Below are positions 28,461 to 44,272 of a DNA stretch of 64,000 nucleotides, piece after piece. Made by a program: the position numbers and the translations under genes. The notes under the pieces were generated by a model, which saw nothing but the letters and a program-made list of their open reading frames with translations, was not told the origin of the DNA and did not search any database. Within the stretch, counting starts at the first letter, position 1, and each line of letters opens with the position of its first letter. Source of the DNA: the human T2T-CHM13v2.0 reference genome, Homo sapiens; the NCBI RefSeq assembly GCF_009914755.1, contig NC_060937.1, one strand, 5' to 3'.

Positions 28461-28520
28461 CTACTTACCTATTAGCAAAATCAAAAATTGTCTACTTACC
28501 TATTAACAAAATCAAAAGTT
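28461..28520. repeat. 31-bp tandem duplication
   Basis: ctacttacctatta(g/a)caaaatcaaaa twice. Confidence 0.9.
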
Positions 28521-28935
28521 ATCAGTCTGATGTTCAAAGTTACTCATTGTCTCTACCCACTCACATTTATAGCTGTAACAATTCCCTTTCCCATCCAGTA
28601 TACCATGATAGACTGGCATGGAGTCCATTCATGCTGAATTTTGGCCCTCTGACTAGGATTGCACACAGTTTTTTTCTTCTTAAATGTCTAAACATTCAAT
28701 TCTTCCTCTCTGTTTCTCTCTCTCTTTCGCATATACATATATGTGTGTGTGTGTGAGTGTGTGTGTGCATTTTTAAATAGTTTTAAATATCCTGAGTGAT
28801 AACATTTGAGAAGTATTTAGATTCTTATTTTTTACATATTCTAAAACAAAGGATTTTCATAGTTATGTCAAGTTATTTGTATTGATTTATCATGTCAATG
28901 AATTTATGAAAATAATCATTTTTAATATTAATATT

Positions 28936-29251
28936 TTATTTATTTATGTATTTATTTATTTATTTATTTTTAAGATGGAGTCTCACTCTGTCACCCAGGC
29001 TGGAGTGCAGTGGCGCGATCTCGGCTCACTGCAACCTCTGCCTCCCAGGTTCAGTGATTATCCTGCCTCAGTCTCTTGATTAGCTGGGATTACAGGCACT
29101 TGCCACCACATCTGGCTAATTTTTTGTATTTTTAGTAGAGACGGCGTTTCACTGTGTTAGCCAGGATGGTCTCCATCTCCTGACCTCGTGATCTACCCAC
29201 CTTGGCCTCCCAAAGTGCTGGGATTACAGGTGTGAGCCACTGTGCCTGACT
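28936..29251 (-). mobile_element. AluSc-like
   Basis: (TTTA)n tail; caacctctgcctcc together with gttagccaggatggtctc..cctcgtgatc; TSD-like aatatt(a/g)atatt. Confidence 0.93.
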
Positions 29252-29269
29252 GAATATTGATATTCTATG

Positions 29270-30480
29270 ACTTATTTCTAGGCTCTCCATTGCATTCTGT
29301 CGGTCTATATGACTATCTTTATGCCAGTCCCATATTATTTGATTACTGTAGCTTTGTAGTATGTTTCAAAATTAGGATGTGTGAAGTCTCCATTTTTGTT
29401 CTTTCTCAACATTGTTACAACTATTGAGGCTTCTTTGTGATTCCATATACATTTTAGGATTGTTTTCTTATTTCTATAAAGAATGTCAATGCAATTTTGA
29501 TAGGAATTTTATTGAATCTATAGATTACTTTGTGTAGTATGAACATTTTAACACTATTAAATTTTCTATTCTATCAACATTATATTGATAGAATATAAAT
29601 AGAATAGAACATTCTATTCTATTCTATCTAGTCATGTCTTCTTGACTATTATGACACTGATCACTTTTAGTGCCTTCTCTTTCATTTCTGATTTTATTTG
29701 CATCTTTTCTCTTCTTAGTCTACTTAAATGTTTGCCAACTTGATAGTTTTTAAAAAGAACACTTATTTTCATATATTTTGTCTACTGTTTTTCTTTTCTC
29801 TATTAAATTTCTGCTCTAATCTTTATTTTTCTGCTATCTTTGGGCTTAATTTGTTATCTTTTTTTAGTTACTGCATGATTTAGTTCCTGAGTGCTTAAAG
29901 TTACATTATTTATTTGATGTCTTTCTTATTTTTTAAGGTAGGTGTTCATCACTATATGCTTCCTTCCTAATACTACTTCTGCTATATCCTGTAAGTTTTG
30001 GTATGTTGTATTTTGTTTTCATATATATGAAGATATTTTCTAATCTTTTTTTGATTTTTTTCTTAAACCCATTGGTTATTCAATAGTACGTTAATTTCCA
30101 CATACTTGTGAATTTCCAGTTTTTCTTGATTTCCAATTGATTTTTAGTTTTAATTCATTGCAGTCAGTAAAGACACGATGTGATTTCAGTCTTCTTACAA
30201 TTTACTATTATTTTTGTGACTTAATATGTGATCTTCCTGGAATATGTTTCATGTGTACTTGAAAAAATGATTATTCTGCTGTTGTTGGGTGGAATGTCAT
30301 GTATATGCCTGCTAGGTTTGTTTGATCTCTAATGTTATTCGAGTCTTGTTTCTTTATTGTTTTTTTGTCTGGGTGTCATATCCATTACTGAAATTGGGGT
30401 ATTGAAATTCCTATTTTTGTGTTCTGTTTCTCTTGTTAGTTTTATCAATGTTTGCTTCATAAATTTGGGTGCTTAGGAGC
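29270..30480 (-). mobile_element. Old L1M ORF2 fragments joined across a large deletion at ~29570-29650
   Basis: 29270-29570 late ORF2 (gattactgtagctttgtag, attgaatctatagatt); 29660-30480 early ORF2/EN region (tattctgctgttgttgggtggaatgt, ggggtattgaa). Confidence 0.75.
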
Positions 30481-31243
30481 TATTCTTGATGTCTGGTGTG
30501 TTATCTGGTTGTACAAATGCCAGGCTTTATATATCATTCACTGCATGGAATGGGATTTAGGATACATTTTTCTAGATATTAAATTTATTCATGGGGAAAG
30601 CCAACTTCTATGAAGTTAGAGGTGCTATCAGCACACTGTTACACATAGAAGAGAACAAAGGCATTTTTCTTTCCTCTTATGACTGACATAATCTGGGAAC
30701 TGAGTGGAGATGAAAGTATGTGGTGGAGAAGGGGTGCTTCCAGGCTTGCTGTGCTGTTTGTTTCATTGATGAGTTCAGGTTATATGACCAGGCATACTGC
30801 AGCTGCTTCTTAGGAGCATAGCTTTGATTTGGGACATCTGATGATTTTTGTCACGGTTTGACTGTGGTGATTGTATTCAGAGTTTATAATTCTTATCAGA
30901 GACAATTTTTTTTTAATTTTTTTCTTTTGAGTTTGAAACATCAAAGGCTTGTTTTACATACTAGACAGTGAACCAAAGTAATAGTCACTTCTTCTTTCCT
31001 CTTTTTATTCCAATTTTCTTGAAAATTCAAGTTTGTTTTGATCCTAAAATCAAGTGTCCTTCTTTCTTTACCAGAAGTAGATTTAGAGTTTATTAGAGAG
31101 TAAGAAATAGTGACTAATATGAGGGCAGGTTATACTCCCACAATCAACTCTTAGTGTACCCAGGAACATGTGTTTATATATGGGTTTTTAATAACTTGAT
31201 TCAAATTTTATGTCTTTAGTTCTTTCCCACTTACATTTTACTA

Positions 31244-31601
<358 letters not shown>

Positions 31602-34600
31602 GATTTATCATTTATTTTGATTTCATAACATGAAAATCACATGCCAAGTTTTAATGTTTGATATAAACAAACAACTCCATATGCAACCAGAGAAATGAGG
31701 GCTTTGCTAGTATCTGTTTTACTGAAACCCTTTATTATCAGTTGGTGGGATCACTAGATGATAATGTGCTTTCACAACTGCTGGCTGTGATGACCACCAC
31801 TGTAGGGAAATAACATTGCACACATTTTATATGGTATATAGTATAAAAATATTATTTCTTTCAATCATATATTGAGCAAAGTCCAGTGCAACAGATTCTT
31901 TGAAAAAATGTTTAGAATGATATCTTCTAAAATAATTTTTTTAAAGCCTGAACATAAGCACATCCTGGCACATATTACACCTTATAAATCCCTAACAATA
32001 GATTGTTTCAGAAGAGCTATGAAGATGATAACCGAGATTCAGTGAAATACCAGTACAAGATCAAAATAAGAGAAGACAAGGAAAATAGGTATATTTAATT
32101 TTGCTTTACCTTCAAATTGATGATCTTTTAAGACCCCAGTTAGGGAAGGTTTTTCTCAGTAACCAAATCACTCTTATCTTAAATGCTTTTTTTTTTTTTC
32201 CCGTAAATTAAGGTAGGATTGTAGCAGACATCATTTTAAAATTAATCTATTAATTCAAAATAGTTGTCTTTCTTACTCTCCAATACAAATTTATTAATCA
32301 TAGAGTGAAGCATTTAAAACCTAAACAAAATGATAAACTATAAATGAAGTATTTAAATGCTTCTAATGTGCAAATGTGTGTGTGTGTGTGTGCGTGTATA
32401 GTTAATGTGCTGGGATGGATCAGTGAAGAAGTGTAGAATTCAACAATAACATTCCTCTTCTTGTGATATATGTTAACTGGAAAGAAAGCAGAGAAATGCA
32501 TAAATGGAAGAAGAGTATTATATGAGTTGGTCTTTGAAAGGGAAAGACGCTTATGAGGAGCTCCATTGAATATATCCACCGTAATCAGATCAACCACAAG
32601 TGTCATTGAGTACTTGTGTTTGCTAGCGTGCTACACACTGAACAAAATAAAATGAAGTGAGACATTGAATTTCTTTCTGCAAGAATCTTACAACCAGCTA
32701 TCAGATAACTTATTTATATTAAAGCACACAAGAAACAAGAGGATGAGAATATATAAAACAAAGTGGTAAAATATGAGAAATAAATGACTAGGACACTAAG
32801 AGTTGAAAAATTGGAGAGATCAATATTCTAGATATTATTAAATCTTTATCAACTTTTTAGAAAGTAATGAGTGTATCTATGTGTAATTTGTTTCTCTATT
32901 TTTCAATAATCCATGTACTTTACCATATGATTTTAGTTGTTTTACAGTAATAGACTCGAGACATTGAGGGAGAAGATAAAAAATGGATTTTTAGAAGTCA
33001 GATTAAAGTAAGTAGTATACAGTGGCTTGATTTGGCCCAACAAAAGCAAACATGCAAGAAGATGCATGCTGTATGGTTCTATACAACTGTTAAATTCGGG
33101 CTGCAACAGTGGCTGGCTGATTAAGAAGCTGTTCTTGCATGGTTACATGAAAACACATCAACAGTATCAGTGGGGTTTTCATATTTTTATTATACATTAA
33201 GAAGAATTCTCTGTTTCTAAACTCATATAAAATAAATAAAACTGTAAGAAGACAGTGTTTCAAGCCCTTCAACCTTGCACATTGGTCATTTGATGTATGC
33301 ATACTTCCTCCTGTGAATTAGTCTGTGGATATAAGGCGAGGTGTATGCACTGTGGTGTATGAAGATTTCTCTGCTTCACACTTAAAAAACAAAGTTCACA
33401 AAAAATGAAATGGAACCTTTCCAAGGTGACAAGTTGTCAGATCCTTTTTTTTTTTTGCAAGTAGGAACCATTTTCTTTTACTCCTGAGATTTTCTTGAAG
33501 TGCTTACACATCATTTTGTGGTTTGGGACAAATAGCGTGCCAAAAGTTTGAGAAATTCTGCTGTCACACATCCTCTATAGCTATTAATTCCTCTTTTCAA
33601 AGTTGGAGGTCTTGGAAACAGTCATATCATTCCAAGTTCCTACCCCTGCTCCTCTGGGCCGGCATAGCTCTGACCACCACTATTTCCTTCTGTATATCTT
33701 CTGGGATTTAAGACATCATTAAGTAAATGTTTGTGTGTGTGTGGATATGCACTTATGCCACACACTTTCACAGTCTTTGTAATTCTATAAAATAAACAGA
33801 ATTCAAATTCCACCTCAGTTTCAAACTGGTTTAGTTTTTTAATCGTATAGTTAGGCTGTCTACTGGTTTGTGCTTTACAGTTTATAGCCGTGCAATTTGT
33901 GTGCAAAATAAAAATACCTAGATGTGTTTAAATCCTCTAAGAAAAGAAAAACTCTCACTAATTAATGATGTCATATGCTTTTGGTCTTTCTCCTCCTGTG
34001 TGGACCTTTGAATTTACAGAATATTTTAGGATCATTGTTTTAACATAGTTATGATTTCTAGTAGTGCATTTGTAGGACAGTCTGTGGAAATATTTAGATC
34101 TCTACGTTAGTGTTATGGAGAAGTTTTTGACTTTGAAACTACCTTGGAGCATTTGCATTTCCATAGTTTATTTTCTTAACAAACAGCTAATAATAGGGCC
34201 CATGTTTGCTTATGGTATTAACAAATGAAATTAAAAGTTTTTTTAAAAAAGCTTAGAAGTCTTAGACAAATGTCTTTCATTTCAAAACAGCTACATTTTT
34301 TTCTCAAAATGTATTGTTTTTCCAAGTTGTAACACATTCATTATTATTTTCTGCTTGTATTGACTTTTTTGCATAAGTCAAACATCTTACCAAATCTTAA
34401 AATTTTTTATGTGATCGGATGAAAGAGACTGAAAATAAAGTTAATAAATGGTAACTTTAACCAAATGCTTCTCTGATTCTTGGTTCTTGAATAAATCTAT
34501 GACATGTTGTTTCATGTATTTATGCCTGTGATTATATGTGACTCAAATTTCTAGCTCATCTTTTGAGGTAAAGTTGAATTTATCTTATTTATTTTTAATT

Positions 34601-36629
34601 TAGCATTACTATCATGTTTTATTCTTTTAATGTAATTGTAGGTAATTTTATTCTTTTTTTTAAATTGTCAAGAAAAATTCTAACAGAAACAGCACATCTA
34701 TTTACCAATATCAGTTTTACTAATGAAAGCATTGAGAACATTAGTAGTGCAATTTAATGTCACAATTCTGGGGAGATACAATTAGAGATTGGGCATAATG
34801 ATGTAAATTAGCAAGCTAAAAATTGTAATTTTAATCTGTTCTTTGAACATGGAAAATCACGAATAGGTGACAAAAGGGGATGGTGTGTCTTATGTACCAA
34901 GTCTGAAACACACTAACTGTATGGAGGATTCATCACATTTGGCTTCGCTCTGCCAGCAGGATCCAGTTGACACTTTTATCTCATTTCCAGCTGGCCCCAC
35001 TGCTACGTGTCAGGTAGCAAAAGGTAAATAATTGAAACAGTGGTATTACTGAGAACTTGTGCATGGGAACAAGCTAAGCATCATCCCAAACCTGCGAGAT
35101 TAATTTTCATCTTTTATCTGGTGCTGTGGAGGCTTATCTTAATTAGCCGCAGATGCATGTTTAGACAATACCTATATATGTTTCCAAACACAAGTTTCTT
35201 CACAGAGCATGGCATGGCACCAAGAGGATTCTATGAGCTACTTGGTAAAAATAATTCTTCTTAATGACAACTCACAATCAGTGATAGTTCCATTATTTGG
35301 AACTTGAGAAAATCTTGCTGAAGACACTTTTGAAGGACACAGGTATTCTAAGCAAACGTATTTGTGAGGTTACTCAAATTGGACAATTCTGAGGGCAAAT
35401 TATGTTTGAATGTTTACAAGTTTCCACAAAACAGTAAAAAATGTAACAGCTCAGGGAATTATTAATGCATTCCTTCCACTGATACTTCAAAGATGCAGGT
35501 GCAAGAACTGAATACATGACATAAACAAGTGTTTGTGAACATGATTCCTTAAATAAATAACACTGTTTAAGACATTAAAGAAGAAAACAAACCATTTCTT
35601 GATACAGAAGATTGAGGGTCTCAGTTATCACTAAGATACTGTCCAATTTTAGTTTTTATCTTCATGCGTTGAAGAGCAAACTCATGTTTGAAAGGATTCA
35701 AGTTTAAACACAAGTGGCAATGTCTAAGGGTCATTTCCAAAATGGTCTAATTTTACATATAAACTTGTCAGAAGAATTCTGAGGTTTGCCGATGGAGCTC
35801 ACATTAGGTGAATCCTAATTATGTAAAGTACTCAGAGAGGAAATGGAAGGGTACCATGTTTTCCTAGTCTGACCTATGAAAAGATATTTATAATTTCCTT
35901 ACTGAGTTTAGGTGATTTTTTGTAGTTTCTCAACAATTTTTAAAGCTAAAGAGTGAGATAGTTTTATTTTGGGGTATGCTTGAGAAATCAGAATAAAGTC
36001 CAAAGCCTTTAGATGAAATTAATGGTTATTTTTATTTGGTTAGTAAATATTTATTGACTACCTCTTTTTACCTGCCACACATTTTGCAAGATATTAAAGA
36101 TATAAAATTCAATGAGTCATAAGCCCTAAAAAGACACAATTTAGTGGGAAAAGTTTGAAAACAAAAGTTATACATAATAGTGATTCGACAGTGATGGCAT
36201 TGATATTAATTATGCTAACTGATAACTCCAGGCCACACCATTCTCTAGATGTTCTCTGTATTTGCCATGTCAGCCTCTTAATTGCCATGAAGCCTATGCA
36301 GGAACTTTATAATACTTGAGTTAGGTTCATAAGAAAAAATATCTGCCCTACCACTGGATTAAAAGCCCAGGAGCCCTGGGATAAAAGATTAAACTCTGAT
36401 CAAAATAGAGATGTGGAAATAGTCAAACTTACTGAACTTTTTTCCTGGCATTTAAAGGGGAGCCAACTGGAGTGAGAACATAGGATTTATGAAGTACAAA
36501 GGAGGCCACCTTGTGTGATTAAGTCTGGTCTTTTGGGCCAGAGCAAAAGGCAAATCTGCACAGTGGGAAGAAGTGATGTTTCTGGCTAGGCTCTCCACTC
36601 CTCTCTCCACCCTCCACCCTCGTGCAGAC

Positions 36630-36682
36630 CAACACACACACAGGCACACACACATGCACTTACACATGCACACACACACACC
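36630..36682. repeat. Imperfect (CA)n
   Basis: Direct reading. Confidence 0.8.
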
Positions 36683-37329
36683 TAGGTTACTCAGTGTCTC
36701 TGTGTCCTTGGAAGGAGTAGAGTGTAGCCATAGGGAAGAATTGTGTCATCAGAGAGCAACCCCTTGTCCCTTGGAAAACATCTTTGAAAATGCCATCAGA
36801 AGAGGCAAAGTGAGCTTCTTAAGTGGAGATGCACAGCACACACAGAGAGTGGTCCAGAGGAAGCTGAGATCCATCTGTCTTTACATACTGCAGTACAAAA
36901 GCACAGGACTGCTTTGTGCATTGGCTGTTTGGCTGACTGCAGTTTCTGTGGATCCCAATACACGGATTAGTTCATAGTAAGCAGATACTTAATAGTTGTT
37001 TGTGGAATTAATAAACACATGCCTGAAAGGTGCCATGTTGTGCATGCTTCTGAAACATGGCTTTGATGAAGAATATTATTTTCCCCCTTCAGAAATGGTT
37101 TTGATTTATTTATTTAAGATTTTCAATATAATTACATTTTAATATTATGGATTATATGTCCTTTACTAAAAGTAATCTTTGTTTTAAATTTATTAGGCTG
37201 GAGATTTTTTAAAATGTATTTCTTAAATTTTGAAAATAGAGCTGTGTTTTTTTATTAAAATACCTAGTAAATATATATTATGTATATATAATATGTACAA
37301 TATACAGAGTATATATTTGTGTATTTTCA

Positions 37330-38565
37330 TTTTATTAATTACTATGACTTATTTTAGTTTTTTGCTTACCTTGGATTTAGTTTACCTTTCTTTTTTGTTT
37401 CTTAAGGGGGAAGCCAAGATTATTCAATGTTTCTTCTTCCTAATATTGTTGTTTAGTGCTATAAATTTTTCTGTAATAACTGCTTAAGCTGTACTGCTCA
37501 CATTTTAATATGTTGTCATTTCATCTTTGGTTCAAAATATTTTTAAATTTCCACTTCCATTCCTTTTTTGTTTTGTAATTATAGTGCTTGCTTTGGAGCT
37601 TATAGTACACAGTCTAGCTTCAAAGGATATTATGCCACTTCACATAACTTTGTGATGTTTTTGTTACACATTTTACTTTTAGGTATACTATAAACCCCAT
37701 AGTACTTTGTTATTATATGTCTTTTAAAGATATTTATTTTTTAATTTAATTTAATTGTATTTTATTTTAAGTTCTGGAGTACATGTGCAGGATGTGTAGG
37801 TTTGCTACATAGGTAAATGTGTGCCATGGTAGTTTGCTGCACCTATCAACCTATTACCTACCCATTAAACCTGTTGAAGATATTTAAATAAGAAAAAAAC
37901 CCTCTTATTTGCCAATGTAATTACATTCCTGGGCTTATGTTTTTCTTTCATAGATCCAGGTGATCATATCGTATCAATTTCCTTCTGCTTAAAGGGCTTC
38001 CTTTAATATTTCTTATATTGTAGACCTGCTGGTGATGAACTCTTTCAGCTTTTGTATTTCTGAATAAGGATTTTTTCCCTCTTATTTCATTAAGATATTT
38101 TTGCATTTGAAAAAAAAAACTGTTACTTTTTTGTCTTTCAGTACTTTAAAAATGTTTTCCCACTGTCTTTTAACTTAAATGTTTCCAATTAGAAATTTGC
38201 TGTCATTATCTTTGTTCCTCTATATGTTACGTATCTTTTGTTTCTGGCTTATTTTAAGCATTTTTCTTTGTGACTGGATGGAAGTAATTTAGTTATGATG
38301 TGCCTTGGTGTCACTCTTTTCATGTTTCTTGTGCTTTGAGTTTTTTTGTGATTCCCTGATCCATAAGATTACAATTTTTATCAAAGATGGAAAGATTTCA
38401 GCCAGTATTTATTTGAATACTATCTTGCCCTACGCTACCTTGGAGACTCCAATTATACATATATTTGATCACTTGAAGTTATAACACAGCTCACTAATGG
38501 TCAGTTCATTTATTTCAATCTTTTGTTTTTTGTGTGTTCCATTTTGCATGGATTATATTGCTATG
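37330..38565 (-). mobile_element. Old L1M ORF1/ORF2 remnants
   Basis: tttagtgctataaatttt; ctgctggtgatgaactctttcagcttttg; ttatgatgtgccttggtg. Confidence 0.65.
37737..37876 (-). mobile_element. Very short 5'-truncated L1PA 3' end
   Basis: ttaagttctggagtacatgtgcaggatgtgtaggtttgctacataggtaaatgtgtgccatgg; TSD AAGATATTTA at 37727-37736 and 37877-37886. Confidence 0.85.
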
Positions 38566-38569
38566 TCAT

Positions 38570-39380
<811 letters not shown>

Positions 39381-39389
39381 AGCAAAGCT

Positions 39390-39678
39390 AGTCACTAAGT
39401 TAGTTTACTAGTCTCTTCCCCTTCCATGTCTAAGTTATCTGCCTTCATTCCCATCTGGTGTGGTTTTTTAGTTCAGACATCATGGTTTTTAGCTCAGAAG
39501 TTCAATTTGTATCTTTTAATACCATCATATCTCTATTTAAATAAACATTTTCCTCTATTTTCTTCAAGATATAAGATACAGTGATGAACATTATTGTAAT
39601 ATACTGGCCTATTAATTATATCATCTCTATCATTTCTGAATCTATTTCAATTAACTGATTTTATGCTAATTACAGGTG

Positions 39679-39709
<31 letters not shown>

Positions 39710-40470
39710 GTAAATTTTAAGTGGTTGCCGAACAATGTCAGTGTATTGTGATGCTGTCTATATTTTTGTATTTCCATCATTCTAGAGCTTCATTCTAAAC
39801 ATGATTATGTTATGTGGAAACAGTTTGTTTTTCACATGTTCCTTTAAATCTTTTTAGATGGGACTAGATCTTCATTTTCTATAGGGATAATTGTTCCTTC
39901 CACTCAGGTAAGACCTTTCATATTAATCTCATATCAGAGCCTTCTGAATAATGGTTTTTACTCTGGCTGTTGGGTAAAGGCTCTATTCCTAGTGCTGTTT
40001 AATCTCCAGGAACTGTTCCCTTTAATCTTTTGAGGTGTTTCCTTCCCTGGTCTCAGGTTGTTTCCTCATGTGAAGGCACAGATGACTAGTAGTCAACTAT
40101 GCTCTTGAGACAGATTCTCTGGAGATCTGTGGTGTTCTTTCCCTAAGCTGCTTTGTCTCTAGACACTGCCCTCAGAACTTTCTTCACCTTGACTTTACTG
40201 GAATCCAAGTTTTGTCGCCTCAATTCCTGGATTTGACTGAATTTCCTTTCCCGGCATTGTGGTCTGAAACTTTTCTCAAGCAGTAGTCAAGAGAAGTTTT
40301 AGGGCTCATCTTCTTCATTTCCCATTTGTCAGAAATTACTCTCTTTCCTTTCCTTGTTATCTAAGTCCTGAGGGCTGTTGTTTCACACATTTTGTTTTCA
40401 TATTTAGTCATTTCAAGTGGGAGGATAAATCTGTTCTGTTACGCCATCTTGCCTGGAAGCAGAAATCTCA
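39390..40470 (-). mobile_element. Old L1M 5' region remnants with (TA)n at 39679-39704
   Basis: Ends gtcatttcaagtgggaggataaatctg..gttacgccatcttgcctggaagcagaa, like an L1M 5' terminus. Confidence 0.55.
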
Positions 40471-40947
40471 CATGATATTCTGGTGCATGTCTCCTCAGTG
40501 TTTTTTCTAGATATTTATACTTAACACATTTGTCTTTTTCAAATTGCTCTTTACTCATAAAAGATGAGCATGTTTTGTTCTTTTCAAAAAGTTTTTCCTG
40601 TTATTCTATCTTCTGGAGATGAAAACTTTTGATCACAACTCTTTTAGCACATCTCTGATTATTCCCTTAGGTTAAATTGTGAAAATTGAGTTAACATTTT
40701 TTACGAAGTTGGTACATGTAGTCAAATTAGCACCACCAACAAAGAAACTCTCTTTTTTCCTAAGCTAGTGGTAAAAAGTTAGGGCTTAATTTTGTGTTCT
40801 GAGGAAAAATTAACTTTTGTCTTACTTAGTGTTTCTTAGATATTGCTGAGATGGAATTTATCATAAGTATGCTCATGTATAGTTCTTTTTGAACTGCATA
40901 TGTGTTTCTTCACTTGTTTATTAGCTGAATCATCTTTTTCATGATAG

Positions 40948-41292
<345 letters not shown>

Positions 41293-41882
41293 TGATGTGC
41301 CCAATTTGATTTTTATATTTTAAACAAATATTTCTATATTTTATGTTTATACAAATAAATATTGATATTATTTACATATTTTTATATTGTTAGCGCTATC
41401 AACTTTCTATCTTAAGGTTTTCACTCAGAATGCCATTTGATATTTTCCATCGGATAAGTAGATATGTATAGGCTACTCTGGTTTTTAGTTGAACTTGTAT
41501 GCTTGCTGCTATATTCCATTAGATTTTTTTTTATATATACGGTGTAGGGTGAGGACCTAATTTTACTTTTTCTGCATAGTTAATCAACTGTTACTCTACA
41601 TTTTAACATGATCATATTACATGTACAGTATGTATGTCTAATCCGAGTAATGAGGCATGCTCATTTATAAGTTTTTCTAATTGCATATAATGTCAATATG
41701 AAAAAATAAATCTGAAATTGGCAAATGAATAGAATGACTAGTGCATGTAGAAAAGCATACAGAGTTAATCTCAATCCATGTAGATGTGTTGTTCTATATA
41801 TGTGTTACACTAAAACATCATGTAAGATATAAGCCAGTATTTGTGTATTTTGTTTGGTTGTTTATAACTGAAAATAGTATGC

Positions 41883-41885
<3 letters not shown>

Positions 41886-41919
<34 letters not shown>
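41886..41919. repeat. Poly(T)34
   Basis: Direct reading; no adjacent Alu or L1 body. Confidence 0.95.
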
Positions 41920-41923
<4 letters not shown>

Positions 41924-42553
41924 TCTCTAGAATTAGTGGTTTTGTTATGCCTTGGACCGATGTAATCTCTGGAACTATAATCAGGTGCCTGGAGGCATCA
42001 AAAGATAAGTTTTTTTTTTTTTTAGCAGGGTGAGGGTCTAAGACTCAACTGGAGGAAGACAGGCCTCTGGACTGGCAGATTTAATACATGCAAGCAAGGT
42101 GTTTCAGACACTGTCATTATTCATTATTTTAATATAGAATCCACAGACAGATTAAGCAGATAAGCAAAATACTTCCTTTGTACCCTTCATATTCTTATTA
42201 ATAAAATAAAATCTTTGACTCAAAGGATTAGGTTGGTCTTCATTTAAATAATTTCTACCTTGTATTAAAGGTACATAAATTAGGGTACAAACAGTATCAC
42301 AATTTAATGGGCTTCTGTTCCCATGGATGTTATTTTATGTGTTAAAAATATTCTGAGATGGGATTCATAGATTCATAGATCTCACCAGACTGTTAAAGGA
42401 ATTATGGCATAAAATATAGTAACACTTGGTAGATATGGATCAGTTTCAGATATTTTATTTTCAAGTATTTTAATGCCACATAGTTTATTCATTAACAAAT
42501 ATATGAACCTTTAATTTTTATTCCAATAAGTGGTTCATTTTTTCAGTGCCTGT

Positions 42554-43061
42554 TGTATTAGTTTTGTATTGCTACTATAACTTATCACAACCATGCTAAT
42601 GGCCTAACATAACAAAAATTTATTATTTTAGAATTCTGGAGATCAGAAGATAAAGTTCAGTGGCAGTGGGCTAATACCAAGGTGTGAATAGGACTGGTTT
42701 CTGCCACAGGCTCTGGGGGAAAATCCATTCCCTGCTTTTTCCAGTTCCTAAGAAGTTGTTAAACTCCTTGGCCAGTGGCTCCTTCTCCACTGTGACAGCC
42801 AGAAGCTTATTGTCTTCCAATCTCTCCCACTGCTTCCGTCATCATGTCACCTCTATCTTATCTTCCCTTCCACCTCCCTCTTATAAAGGACCCCTGTGAT
42901 TGCATCAGGCTCACCTGAGTAATCCAGGATAATCTCCCCATCCCCAAACCCTTTATTTAATCACACAGGCAAAGCCCCTTTTACTGTGTAGGGTAACATA
43001 TGCACAGGTTCTGAGGATTAGGACATAGACATCTTTGGGGGCCATTATTCAGTCTACCACA
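42554..43061 (-). mobile_element. MLT1C/D-like MaLR LTR
   Basis: tgtattagtt..ttctggagatcagaag..aatccaggataatctccccatc..gccattattcagtctaccaca. Confidence 0.85.
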
Positions 43062-44149
43062 CTAGTCATACAAATTCCAGCTGTAAAACTGAGGAAATAA
43101 GAAAGAAACAACCCTCTGAGTGAAGCAAGCACCAAAGCCTTTCCTAAAATACCTTACTGATGCCATGTTCTCTTCTTGAAAGTGTCCCAGGGCTCGTGGA
43201 GACACCGAGTACCTGGATGGCAGCTCTGCCGTTTGTCTCATTTGCATCCAGTCACCTTTGCTCTCACATTTCCACAGAATTCCAATTTTCTTCAGGTGCT
43301 TAACCCCCAGCTACATATTCAGAAGCATTGGCCCATTTCTAGAATAAAACAGAATAAGCCCATCATATCAATAGTATTACAAAATCCAGTTTGACTTCTA
43401 CTTTTTCCTATTAGTGTTTTACATCATTGAAATGGGGCTTAAATTTGTGCAACTTCTCCCTGAGAGCAGATTTTAAAGCTTGATAAAATCACTTTGAAGA
43501 GCTTGTTAACAATGCAGAGATTCTAATTTGGCGGATCTGCGGTGAGGTTAAGTATCTGTAGTTTTGACAAGTGACCTATGGTGACTTTGGTGCAAGAATT
43601 TGAAACTGATTATGTATGATATATTTCTGCAGTCTGTGAAACTCACAAGTGATGGTTACGAGGCCTTAAACAATAAGATGTCCTGCCTTTGATTGGCAGG
43701 ATTGATTCCTGAAGATCTGAGAATAAGTTGAAAAATATCTGACTATGCTTCTACATATCATCAGAGTATACAATTATAAAGTTAATATAAATTATACAAA
43801 ATTCTATGAGATATAAAAAAAATGGAGAAGTCCTGATAAAAAGTCAAAATAAAAGATACAGAACAATGCAGATTAGAGGAGGGGTTTAAAGCTGAATTTT
43901 ACTCAATACAAATTGGAGGATGCTTTCTCAGGGTGGAAAGGAGCCTGGAAGCCTAGCACTTGATTATTGTTAGAAGTAAAGTTGCTGGTACAAGTTCTTG
44001 TTTTTTTGGCCTTCTATTTCTGCATTGTTTAAAAGAGTGAAAACTACAACTTACATACGGGGCAGACATATATCACTTTTCTCCTACAGACAGTTCTCCT
44101 ACCAGAAAAAAAAATAAAAACCCAAGAAAAGAATCCTTCGTTTCTTTCT

Positions 44150-44272
44150 TGATACCTCCTTCCTTCCCTTCCGCCTTCCTTCTCTTCCTCTTCCTCACCT
44201 CTCCTTCTATTCATCTATCTCTTTCTCCTTTTTTTTCCTTCTGCTTCCCTCTTTTCCTTTCCTCTTTCCTTG
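44150..44272. repeat. CT-rich low-complexity tract
   Basis: Direct reading. Confidence 0.8.
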
